IMG/VR virus record: IMGVR_UViG_3300035135_002382
Location: 1-30,604 of that record
Strand: one strand, 5' to 3'
Source: a virus
Taxonomy: Duplodnaviria > Caudoviricetes
DNA length: 30,604 bases
Shown: in pieces, positions 18,001 through 24,480 of the stretch
How the letters are laid out: every line of letters starts with the position of its first letter
How positions within the stretch are numbered: position 1 is the first letter of the stretch
Position numbers and translations under genes: made by a program
The notes under the pieces: model-generated
What the model saw: the letters and a program-made list of their open reading frames with translations, nothing else
Database searches by the model: none
What the model was told of the DNA's origin: nothing

Positions 18001-18263
18001 ATTGCATATCCGGGTCTATTGTCAATTAAGTGTTCACCGGGGAACACAAGAATAGTAGTTTTTTCTGTGATATCATTATCATCACCCCTTAAATATGAAA
18101 ATCTTGCTGACTCCAGCAATGCTCTCTGAATAGTTTTGAAGGGTTTTGTTAATGAATTACCCTGGTTTTCAATACCATCAGTAGAGTCAAGGTCATTAGG
18201 GTTTACATACAGAATGCGACCTTCAGCATTCTTGATAAAGTTCTCAAGCTTATTAAGAGGCAT
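12027..18263 (-). CDS. giant tail fibre/structural protein with C-terminal intramolecular chaperone (peptidase S74); ATG at 18263 preferred over TTG at 18275
   Basis: N-terminal ILYVNP...GNSLTKPFKTIQRA beta-helix-cap motif; C-terminal SDERLKDNI...GYTFDW...GVIAQEV...YEKLVPLLIEAIKEL chaperone and coiled coil. Confidence 0.85.
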   Translation of the reverse strand: MPLNKLENFIKNAEGRILYVNPNDLDSTDGIENQGNSLTKPFKTIQRALLESARFSYLRGDDNDITEKTTILVFPGEHLIDNRPGYAIKDVANNAIAVAPNGAEFAAQNELTLTLNSNFDLTQENNILYKFNSINGGIIIPRGTSIVGLDLRKTKVRPKYVPNPTDSNVPSSAIFRITGACYFWQFTFFDGDETGLVYTDPSDFSINNRSKPTFSHHKITCFEYADGVNIPGGYQLTDLDMYYSKVGNAFNRASGREIDQKYPAQPNSFAKQRPEWEIVGAFASDPITISNIISGDGSTPSNVVTVTTQSEHNLNAGTPVKIKGINVPDYNISTKVVSVLNERKFTYSLPSVRANLPAGSPAGLSPGSNAAVVIETDTVSGASPYIFNCSLRSVYGMQGMHADGSKADGFRSMVVAQFTAVSLQKDDRAFVKYDPSNRRWNGIGYKRKTGESLSQESSSTSDATVFHLDSDAVYRDEWATTHIKMSNDAVIQIVSVFAIGFHKHFECESGGDASITNSNSNFGQFSLAADGFKREAFDKDDKGYLTGVVTPRSIGASEVDIDWLQFDPHVTGGNTTTRLYLKGYTNALEKPPIIAQGYRIGAKVNDKIFLRAPNVADKEARVLMTEEIPTSTTSNSVTGSDTSVKLYADVQLIQKNGQTVYKTNGAHKLRNGESIRIFSETGDLPEGLEGNKVYYAITKNDASNLIPLNNDEIRIASSNTNANLADPISIKSYGGVQLRIESRVSDKTAGEIGHPIQFDYNVVRSDGGTGNWFIYVDSTGNTIKPHLDTIPTTVEESEITTIKRIEDGRSIDEKIYKFRYVVPKELNNARDPVTGFALQDSGTVNVRDASDFNITTLTGNDYDFNRNPRFISSCTYSNPTNTITIEADKSHGLRQGNIVVLDNIPSSTNTLSRDNFGFNGTFEVSSVVDEHTFTVADVDIFGVTHVPGTPLFNTQVRDKNLPRFSRNDTKENHYIYRVEVVSPFIKDVQDGVYYLYVLNANNGIVQPDGEFSTFKYSQNIADLYPQLDRDNDSDDPPAAASFAKRSPLGEVSTNDLKRSLTKETVDTFFNTYSLGNEIIAVTDNGNNTKTLTLKYEHGLAGIHGSSSATGSGHVEGTYYNVKLFNDFSDPSVAVWDGARADVTVDNLGRVSEYKIVEHGSGYVPNETLYFDTTVIGGTTSSNSAHIDIGESNISMGNKDYVQITGIGTATGGYYRIDNDRDLLGNKKQIVIETHSSDPEIVPGEYVNVLGRVVEVHDAPLSSDRGLVTITTSSPNDLIKGNTIRILKSNEENLGDYLVESVAKNSTNSTRWDIVVNTTVDLHEASRILKHGLSHNNASADSRGENIGTRLHTFYDNEQMEVGGSTEIDISQTEIPFVHTNPYYMTSRFPIGCYIQIGNEIMRVSSSTITNDKLKVIRGVMGTNVERHPVKTVIKKIKLLPIELRRPSILRASGHTFEYLGYGPGNYSTGLPQVQVKTLSENEEFLSQSQETACGTVLYTGMDSDGDFYIGNTKYSAQSGEQKTFDVPIPTITGQDPNRLSVVFDEIIVKDRILVEGGKSKQLLSQFDGPVTFTGDVRFNQTLKLTNVKSIRTNGTVDIGSEADAGDCSDPNAALRVKGGVSIEKKLHVCKEVTIGKSLGPLPAVTTDKALDVLNGYVHIHNTTQASGGSSGALIVEGGATINGGSYGLTVTGGKSRLYKTVEFGSLPSDTDLEVGLEPLSDASDSGGHGVSIGTPSKAFAEAHIGRIQIGHYDSANPGDNGNQHITTRSGELKLDAKNGRVEILKVPSDELIVTGTTNLNGNTSITGTLSASSDATFGGNLDIGGDLETAFVRIDGRTIEPKSGNLSIGSNSSNTQVKGDLTVASAANFAGNTVQITSNKVKATTFQGTADIANAANQVKVFGPSNGGGEGYLVVVDGAGASKNLEMHTNARFNGTTITLGNQSAPPVKLNCEVNNTPGSIEITGHLKCQRVFATNDITAFYSSDERLKDNISKIEDPLAKVVSLGGYTFDWNEKTDNDGTETGVIAQEVESLGLPGIVTTRDDGYKAVRYEKLVPLLIEAIKELNDKVSSLEDKLNN
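12032..12038 (-). promoter_or_regulatory. late promoter (CTAAATA)
   Basis: 19 nt upstream of ATG at 12012. Confidence 0.6.
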
Positions 18264-18293
18264 CTTATCTGACAACCATTGATTTCTATGTTT

Positions 18294-18300
18294 TATTTAT
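18294..18300 (-). promoter_or_regulatory. late promoter (ATAAATA)
   Basis: Overlaps the stop of the upstream gene, 30 nt before ATG at 18263. Confidence 0.6.
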
Positions 18301-18608
18301 CCCCTTAAATCTTCCTCATCAAAATAAGAAACCAGATCGTCTGGTAGTAATTCGGGGTTTGAAATCTCGATGTTATCAAAGCATGGATGACATGCTTCTT
18401 GAATCAAATAATTAGATCCTCTATAAACATCATCTATTTCAAAACTTTTATTTCCATTTGCCTCTTTAACTAAGTCCTGATCCCAAAGATGACCAACAGG
18501 TAATTCATCAAAAGTGAATGGGATATCATTTAAGAAGTACATTTTGACAATCATTCTCTCATCATTGTACCAAACAAGAGAGGAACTAACTTCAAAAGTG
18601 TTCTTCAT
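18297..18608 (-). CDS. conserved hypothetical protein (103 aa; start moved to ATG at 18608)
   Basis: The track start at 18710 lies inside tRNA-Leu; ATG at 18608 has an AGAGG SD and a late promoter upstream. Confidence 0.8.
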   Translation of the reverse strand: MKNTFEVSSSLVWYNDERMIVKMYFLNDIPFTFDELPVGHLWDQDLVKEANGNKSFEIDDVYRGSNYLIQEACHPCFDNIEISNPELLPDDLVSYFDEEDLRG

Positions 18609-18624
18609 AATACCTCTTTTTAGG

Positions 18625-18631
18625 TATTTAG
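18625..18631 (-). promoter_or_regulatory. late promoter (CTAAATA)
   Basis: Immediately 3' of tRNA-Leu and 16 nt before ATG at 18608. Confidence 0.6.
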
Positions 18632-18716
18632 TGCGAGTAGGGAGACTTGAACTCCCACGAGCGTGATGCTCAACAGATTTTAAGTCTGGTGTGTCTACCG
18701 ATTCCACCATACTCGC
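18632..18716 (-). tRNA. trnL: tRNA-Leu(UAA)
   Basis: GCGAGTA/TACTCGC acceptor stem, anticodon loop CT-TAA-AA, long variable arm, GTTCAAGTC T-loop; no encoded CCA. Confidence 0.95.
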
Positions 18717-18861
18717 AGAACATTACACTTATCCGAATGCTTGCTATGGGGCGGTCAAACCCAACATTCTGACAGTTTGTAATGGAGCAAGAAGAAAGTA
18801 ACCAACTCTCTAGATCACAGTGTGGTTAGCACCGTCGCGGGCGAGCTCATTCCCCGTCTAA
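18717..18861 (-). ncRNA. candidate structured non-coding RNA in the tRNA spacer
   Basis: Non-coding, GC-richer spacer with stems CATTACA/TGTAATG plus GAATGTT/AGCATTC (18721-18784), TAACCA/TGGTTA (18799-18828) and CGGG/CCCG (18838-18856). Confidence 0.5.
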
Positions 18862-18934
18862 TGCTTCCTGAGAGGATCGAACTCTCCTTAGGCAAATTAT
18901 GAGTTTGCTGCATTCACCAGATTGCTAAGGAAGC
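18862..18934 (-). tRNA. tRNA with CAU anticodon (elongator Met or Ile2)
   Basis: GCTTCCT/AGGAAGC acceptor, GCAAA-CTCATAA-TTTGC anticodon arm, GTTCGATC T-loop. G1-C72 is paired and there is no GGG/CCC anticodon stem, so it is not an initiator. Confidence 0.9.
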
Positions 18935-18937
18935 AAA

Positions 18938-19009
18938 TAGGACTGCTGGGAGTTGAACCCAGGTCACACCGTTATAAGCAGTGGGCCTTAACCGTTAGGC
19001 GACAGTCCC
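18938..19009 (-). tRNA. trnI: tRNA-Ile(UAU)
   Basis: GGGACTG/CAGTCCT acceptor, CACTG-CTTATAA-CGGTG anticodon arm, GTTCAACTC T-loop; no encoded CCA. Confidence 0.92.
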
Positions 19010-19015
19010 AGATGA

Positions 19016-19192
19016 TTATTGTGCTTCGTTATTATCATCCTTGTATATTCGAAGCAGTTCATCATCTGCTGGCATGAATATTGCTGCCTTGCCATCCTCT
19101 CGCACAATACCTATGTGCTCTCCGTTTTCAACTCTTGCGAAGAGTTCATCAAAATTTTCTTCCCATTCTTTCAAAGTAAAAATCTCCATCAT
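19016..19192 (-). CDS. Phd/YefM antitoxin-like protein (58 aa; below the ORF-track cutoff)
   Basis: MMEIFTLKEWEENFDELFARVENGEHIGIVREDGKAAIFMPADD... fits the Phd N-terminal pattern (xxxExxxNFxELxxRVxxGExIxIxRxG); ATGA overlap with the upstream ORF. Confidence 0.7.
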   Translation of the reverse strand: MMEIFTLKEWEENFDELFARVENGEHIGIVREDGKAAIFMPADDELLRIYKDDNNEAQ

Positions 19193-19380
19193 TCTTTCAA
19201 CGATAAATCCGCAAATTCAATTTGATCTTTATTCAAATGTGCTGTACATGTTTCTAACACATTCATAAATTGAATAGCATTTTCACACTCCACAATTTCA
19301 GAGTCTCCATCATTACTATAAAGAAAAAATGTGCGGGTACAAATGTCAATTATCACACCTGAAACATAAGTTTCGTTCAT
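19189..19380 (-). CDS. hypothetical protein (63 aa, acidic)
   Basis: First ORF after a consensus promoter; coupled to the Phd-like gene. Confidence 0.75.
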   Translation of the reverse strand: MNETYVSGVIIDICTRTFFLYSNDGDSEIVECENAIQFMNVLETCTAHLNKDQIEFADLSLKE

Positions 19381-19404
19381 TTGTGTTCCGTTGAGTACCT
19401 TGAT

Positions 19405-19433
19405 ATTATAGGGTACTTTCGTAGTGGTGTCAA
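19405..19433 (-). promoter_or_regulatory. consensus sigma70 promoter driving the small-ORF/tRNA operon
   Basis: TTGACA-17 nt-TATAAT, an exact consensus match. Confidence 0.9.
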
Positions 19434-19437
19434 GCGA

Positions 19438-20751
19438 TCAGTAGGTTCCAAGAATTGTAAAAGTGGATGGCATGTCCCCAGTTACCGGACTCCTTCTAAA
19501 GCAGTGAATGATTACGAATCCATTCCCTCTATTCAGATTTGCACTATAAGTAGAATATGGTCCATTGTAACCAGATCCACCTGCTCCCCACGGAGACGGA
19601 GATATTGGGTTAGGACCTAATAAGTAATAATCTGGGGTGAACATTGCTGGCGAAACACTTTGTCTATTTCCAGTGTAAGTGATTCTTTGAAATTGTGGTG
19701 ATGGATTGTACGTTGTATTTACAGTGGTTCCACTACCTCCAGCAGCTCCACCTTGTAGACCAGGAGCACCACCGCCACCATAATATCCACCACCGCCACC
19801 ACCAAGTCCACCTTTTAAATATGAACCGGTGTACTGGTGTGGATAATTTGAAGGACCTCTACCACCAGCACTTTGACTACCACCCTGAGCTGGAAATGAT
19901 CCTGGTTTATTAGTTACATAATCTCCTGGTTGTCCGTTGTTACCACCACCAGCACCACCTCGACCTGATGAATATGAGTGTGCGTAGTTCAAGTTTGGTT
20001 GTCCTGTTCCTCCTCCACCAGCCAAAATATATGAAGTAAATGCTGGTTCTGGTGCAGTTGGTGATGTGGGTCCAGATAAAATACCACTAAATCCACCAGA
20101 GTGACCATTAGATGGTCTAGAACCATTATTTTGAATAGTTCCAACCGCAACTTTATAAACTTGTCCTGAAGATACTGCCATTAAACCTTTACTATATCCT
20201 CCAGCACCACCAGGTCCATCTGTATAACTGTTATTGGTAATGCTTCCAGTGGATCCAGAACCTGAAGTTCTAACATAAATGTGTGTAGTGCCAGATGGAA
20301 TGGTCCAATCTGCCCCGGTACCCTTAAAATGTCTTGGTGATTTGAATAGATATGTACCAATATACGCTGGAATAATTGATGTATCACTAACAAATATCAT
20401 TTCACTCTGAACTGCTAATTCACCATCAGGTCTGGTTACATTAACTTGAAATGATTCTTGCCCCTCTGTTGTAGCATCATTTGCTAAAGTTAGAGTTATT
20501 GTTGCCTGTTCATTAGATACCGTGGTAGTTCCAGTTGTGCTACCACTAACAAAGTCTGAAGCATTTACGGAACCAGTTATATTCCATCCTAGAACTGTAC
20601 CATTTCCTACACCAACTGCTTCAACTGTAAAAGTTACTGAAGAACCTTCATTCACATAAGTGGTTGACGGTGTGATTTCATAAGATTGGAGAGATCTACC
20701 AAATCCATATCCAGAAGCACTTAACGATGATGATGTACCAAATACCGGCAT
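19438..20751 (-). CDS. virion structural protein with Ig/Calx-beta-like N-terminal domain and glycine-rich C-terminal domain
   Basis: VNEGSSVTFTV...DF...TLANDATTEGQESF pattern, followed by WTIPSG...GGAGG...AGGGG...GGGGGGYYGGGG. Confidence 0.75.
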   Translation of the reverse strand: MPVFGTSSSLSASGYGFGRSLQSYEITPSTTYVNEGSSVTFTVEAVGVGNGTVLGWNITGSVNASDFVSGSTTGTTTVSNEQATITLTLANDATTEGQESFQVNVTRPDGELAVQSEMIFVSDTSIIPAYIGTYLFKSPRHFKGTGADWTIPSGTTHIYVRTSGSGSTGSITNNSYTDGPGGAGGYSKGLMAVSSGQVYKVAVGTIQNNGSRPSNGHSGGFSGILSGPTSPTAPEPAFTSYILAGGGGTGQPNLNYAHSYSSGRGGAGGGNNGQPGDYVTNKPGSFPAQGGSQSAGGRGPSNYPHQYTGSYLKGGLGGGGGGYYGGGGAPGLQGGAAGGSGTTVNTTYNPSPQFQRITYTGNRQSVSPAMFTPDYYLLGPNPISPSPWGAGGSGYNGPYSTYSANLNRGNGFVIIHCFRRSPVTGDMPSTFTILGTY

Positions 20752-21287
20752 TATCCAAATCTAGAGAGAGAACCTAAAACTGTATAATTGTCCTTGCTAT
20801 TTTTAATTATAGCAAATGTATAAGAATTTATTGAGTCAATAAATCCAGCATTTGGTGGTTGTGCTAATATCCACTTCACCGATTGTGCCGTTCCATCAAT
20901 CTTAAATCCTGTGGTTGAAGCATCAGAAAGATAAAAAGCAGAACCTCCCATCGGAATCATAAGTGTTATTACTAAACTGGTCTTATCTTTCATTACAGAA
21001 TCCAATGTAGTTTTAGAATCTGCTCTCACATTAAGTGTGAAATTAGAACCAAAGTTCTGAGTGTAATTGTGTAATGATCCGTTATTAACATCAATATGTA
21101 AATATCCACCAGTATCATCTGAATTTACATGTACCTTTTCAAATACCTCTTTTACTGATGCAGTTCCAGTCAAATCAAAAGTATCACTTACAGTTAAGTT
21201 AGTGGATGAAGCACCTTGAAAGGTTGCATCACTATAAAAAGATGCAGGAGCAAAAAATGTAGAATCGAAAAATACTTTGTTATCCAT
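20751..21287 (-). CDS. putative tail/fibre-associated structural protein (178 aa)
   Basis: Beta-rich, with VKW...P...SYTFAIIK...YTVLGS C-terminus; coupled within the baseplate operon. Confidence 0.6.
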   Translation of the reverse strand: MDNKVFFDSTFFAPASFYSDATFQGASSTNLTVSDTFDLTGTASVKEVFEKVHVNSDDTGGYLHIDVNNGSLHNYTQNFGSNFTLNVRADSKTTLDSVMKDKTSLVITLMIPMGGSAFYLSDASTTGFKIDGTAQSVKWILAQPPNAGFIDSINSYTFAIIKNSKDNYTVLGSLSRFG

Positions 21288-21886
21288 TATGATAGTGCCT
21301 TAACTGCTGTGCTTACGACTCCCTCAACACCAACTAAACCTGGTCCACCAGCACCTACAACAGCTGCTCTAGCGATACCTTCTGCCGCAAGACCGGAAAA
21401 TACTCTTGATAACATTGAATTAGCATTAAATTCAGTTGCTATACAATCAGGTCCATAAGAGTGAGGAGCTTCAAGATATGCTTCTTTAGATTTAATATCA
21501 ACTTTATTACCAGCATCTACTGTAAAATTCTCACCACACTTAAATTTAATATTATTTTTAGCATCGAATACAATATCCTTACCTGATACTCTAACATCAC
21601 CATTCTCTAATGCACTTATGACAATGCTACCCTTCATCCCAGTTATGCAGACATCAACACTTCCCCTATTATTTTTTGCTCCTGCAACGATTTCAATAGT
21701 TCTGTCATTATAAAAATGGTATATTCCTCCTTGACATAACCCCTGTAGAGATACGTCACCATTATCTGTTCTCCCATAAAAATCATACACACCTGCACCA
21801 TTGAAACCCATTTGTGGATTTGCGGTTTCAAGTCTAAAATCAGGACTGTATGATTCTACTCTTCTTTTTGAAAACTTATGGGACAT
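21287..21886 (-). CDS. gp5 C-terminal-like beta-helix spike protein
   Basis: Short-period beta repeats (GSIVISALENGDVRVSGKDIVFDAKNNIKFKCGENFTVDAGNKVDIKS); directly after the gp5 N-terminal gene. Confidence 0.6.
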   Translation of the reverse strand: MSHKFSKRRVESYSPDFRLETANPQMGFNGAGVYDFYGRTDNGDVSLQGLCQGGIYHFYNDRTIEIVAGAKNNRGSVDVCITGMKGSIVISALENGDVRVSGKDIVFDAKNNIKFKCGENFTVDAGNKVDIKSKEAYLEAPHSYGPDCIATEFNANSMLSRVFSGLAAEGIARAAVVGAGGPGLVGVEGVVSTAVKALS

Positions 21887-21903
21887 GGATACCTCGTTTG
21901 TGA

Positions 21904-21910
21904 TATTTAT
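21904..21910 (-). promoter_or_regulatory. late promoter (ATAAATA)
   Basis: 17 nt upstream of ATG at 21886, which also has a GAGG SD. Confidence 0.6.
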
Positions 21911-24480
21911 TAGTATCCGCCATATCCGCCACCACCAGAGGATGGGGGAGGAGTTGGTGGTGATGGTGGTGGTGTTGGAGGAGTAGGTGAAGGTGTTGGG
22001 GATGATCCACCTGCTCCACCACTTCCACTTGTCTGTTGTGTGGTAGGAGTTGGTGTTGGGGAAGGAGTTGGAGTTGGGGAAGGAATTGGTGATGGTGTGG
22101 CAGTTGGTGTATCTACACTATCTGTAGTGGTGGTATTTGAAATTGATCCTCCAGTCTCTATACTGTATGATGTTGAACCAAGACTTTCCTGTCTTGTATC
22201 ATATATGAATTTATGTTTTGTGGAAGAATGAATTATACCTACCATCTTTCTACCATTTGATGGGTGTATGTGGTATGGACCGTAGTATTCTTTACCATCA
22301 ACGTATCCAACAAGAGTATCATCTTTCGAAATACAATCAACAACAGTCTTAATTTGACCCTGAGGTTCTACAGGTCTTACAATCAACCTTGGACGTATAA
22401 TAGCACCAGTTCCTTTCTTGGAAGTAATAAAGTATTCCAATTCTTCTTTAATAGATGGAATGTCTAGATCATCATCAACTCCTTCATTCTTTTTGGGTGT
22501 CTTAATTAAGTTAGTAATTCTACCATCATCATCTGTTTGTATCTCGTACTCATTACCATTTGTATCCATAACTTTATCATCATCAGGGTCGTATCCACCT
22601 CCAGCATCGATGATTATTGGACCCTTTTCATCATCTGTGATGTAATCCTCTTCATCCTCACCTGGAGTATAGTCGGTTCCTGCAGATTCAACATATATGT
22701 CTATAATCTGTTGGTATGTTGAAGAATCTGGATCATAATCTATCACAGCTCTAGCAGTGGCACCATATCCCTTTTTACATTCATCAACAATTTCTACGAA
22801 TGGTGGGAATGTATATCCACCCCCACCATTAACCAAATCTACACCTAACAAACTACCAGTTAATCCTCTGTCGGAATTTGACAGTTGTAAAATTGCTTTA
22901 GCTGCTCCTCCAACCCCGTTTATACCACCACCAAATATCTTAACCTTTGTTCCACCGCATCCACCAAGTTCTGGAGGACCCGCATAACATTTTCCTAAAG
23001 CACTCTTAAATCCTGGAACAGAAACACTTGGATTTGCAAAGTCAAAAACACCAAGAGCACCTGTATCACCAGCAATATCTTGCACTGCGTTGATTGCAAT
23101 ATCTGCTATGCTCTGTGCTTCATTGGCAGTTCTTAAAATATCTTCAACAGGAACACCAACTTTATCTGTTGTTCCCTTACCAATCACCCATTCATTAGAA
23201 ACTAAATCAAACTCTGGTGCGATTTCTTCACACCCAAGTTTATCTGCTAAACCTAAAATGGCATCAGCAGTGCTTCTTAAAAAGTTTAGAGGGCTAAATC
23301 CCATTAAAATTTTATCAAGTCCACCAAGTAGCGGTTGAAGGAACTTCGTAACTCCACCAATTATATGATTCACAATAGAACCAACTACTTGATCTCCAAT
23401 ACATGAAACGAAATTAGTTACATTATCAGCAACACTCTGCAAAACTCCCTTGATCATACCACTAAGACCATTAATGATACTATTTGCCATACATGGAATA
23501 GCATCAGATAACCCTTTTACTGGACCGATAAACAGTGCTTGGGCTATGGTACCTGCTTTATCAGCGGCAATAGGATTGCCAGTAGCAGCAAGGACTAATG
23601 CATACACTTGATCATAAAGAATCTGCAGACCTTGATTTAATACAGGAGTCATGGCATCAGATAGATTCCTTGTCATATCCTGAACCATCTTTGTAGCACT
23701 TTTCTGAATACCAGCAGTTATGCCATCAATTTCTTCAAATATACGTTGTTTGACACTGCCGATTGCATCGGTTACAGATCCTATACCTGCTTGAATGCCT
23801 CCGATAATCTCCTGTATTCTTGTTACAAAATTTTCTGTTTCATTTTTTATTTTCTGAACTGCACTATCTTTTTCCGTAGATGCTATGGTTACTTTCTGAC
23901 CGATAACATTTGACGCAGCATTTACCTTTTTTCTAGGATCATTTTCTGGATTTACTTCCGAATTAATTCTGTCTGCAGTTTTCTTATCTACGGCAGGAGG
24001 TGATGGCTGACTAGTTGTGTTCTGCTCATTAGATTCACTTGCCGCGATATAAGCACCATCATTCTTTATTGCTCCGGTTTTTCCAGTAAATGGTACAAAT
24101 GGACTTAAATAATTATCAGATGGAACCTGACTAGTTCTACCAAAAACTCCAACAATTACAGGAACCTGAGCATTATCGCCATCTAAGAAGAATCCAAAAA
24201 CAGTATCACCTGGAGATACTGCTATCGTTTTTGCTCTATTAGCTGCTCCCGAACCATCTGTTGTCCCTAAGAGAACAATCGCCCAAGGCAAATCTTTATT
24301 TGGAAGTTCATTTAGACTATATGGGTGATACCCCATAATACGAACTTTTACTCTGTTGCCCCATCCACCGCCATCATTTTGAGCAGCATAATCCTCTTCT
24401 TCTGGTGGTATCTGACCAATCCACCAACGGAAACCATCTCTTCCAATAAAATTAGTTTTTAGTAAAGACTCCTCTAACAT
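21910..24480 (-). CDS. gp5: baseplate hub gp5-like protein (N-terminal OB fold; no T4-lysozyme domain seen; Pro/Thr/Ser-rich tail)
   Basis: FRWWIGQ...RVKVRIMGYH...LPWA...VFGFFLDGDNAQVPVIVG is the gp5 OB-fold signature. Confidence 0.85.
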   Translation of the reverse strand: MLEESLLKTNFIGRDGFRWWIGQIPPEEEDYAAQNDGGGWGNRVKVRIMGYHPYSLNELPNKDLPWAIVLLGTTDGSGAANRAKTIAVSPGDTVFGFFLDGDNAQVPVIVGVFGRTSQVPSDNYLSPFVPFTGKTGAIKNDGAYIAASESNEQNTTSQPSPPAVDKKTADRINSEVNPENDPRKKVNAASNVIGQKVTIASTEKDSAVQKIKNETENFVTRIQEIIGGIQAGIGSVTDAIGSVKQRIFEEIDGITAGIQKSATKMVQDMTRNLSDAMTPVLNQGLQILYDQVYALVLAATGNPIAADKAGTIAQALFIGPVKGLSDAIPCMANSIINGLSGMIKGVLQSVADNVTNFVSCIGDQVVGSIVNHIIGGVTKFLQPLLGGLDKILMGFSPLNFLRSTADAILGLADKLGCEEIAPEFDLVSNEWVIGKGTTDKVGVPVEDILRTANEAQSIADIAINAVQDIAGDTGALGVFDFANPSVSVPGFKSALGKCYAGPPELGGCGGTKVKIFGGGINGVGGAAKAILQLSNSDRGLTGSLLGVDLVNGGGGYTFPPFVEIVDECKKGYGATARAVIDYDPDSSTYQQIIDIYVESAGTDYTPGEDEEDYITDDEKGPIIIDAGGGYDPDDDKVMDTNGNEYEIQTDDDGRITNLIKTPKKNEGVDDDLDIPSIKEELEYFITSKKGTGAIIRPRLIVRPVEPQGQIKTVVDCISKDDTLVGYVDGKEYYGPYHIHPSNGRKMVGIIHSSTKHKFIYDTRQESLGSTSYSIETGGSISNTTTTDSVDTPTATPSPIPSPTPTPSPTPTPTTQQTSGSGGAGGSSPTPSPTPPTPPPSPPTPPPSSGGGGYGGY
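21913..22110 (-). repeat. low-complexity Pro/Thr/Ser/Gly coding repeats at the gp5 C-terminus
   Basis: TPTATPSPIPSPTPTPSPTPTPTT...PSPTPPTPPPSPPTPPPSSGGGGYGGY. Confidence 0.9.

Noticed and set aside
18609-18710. N-terminal extension of the 137-aa ORF
   Set aside because: It runs through tRNA-Leu; the downstream ATG at 18608 has an SD and a late promoter.
18820-18861. HDV-like (theta) ribozyme directly 3' of the CAU tRNA
   Set aside because: A GCTAA resembling J4/2 is present, but I could not build a consistent P1/P2/P3 nested pseudoknot by hand; kept only as a generic ncRNA candidate.
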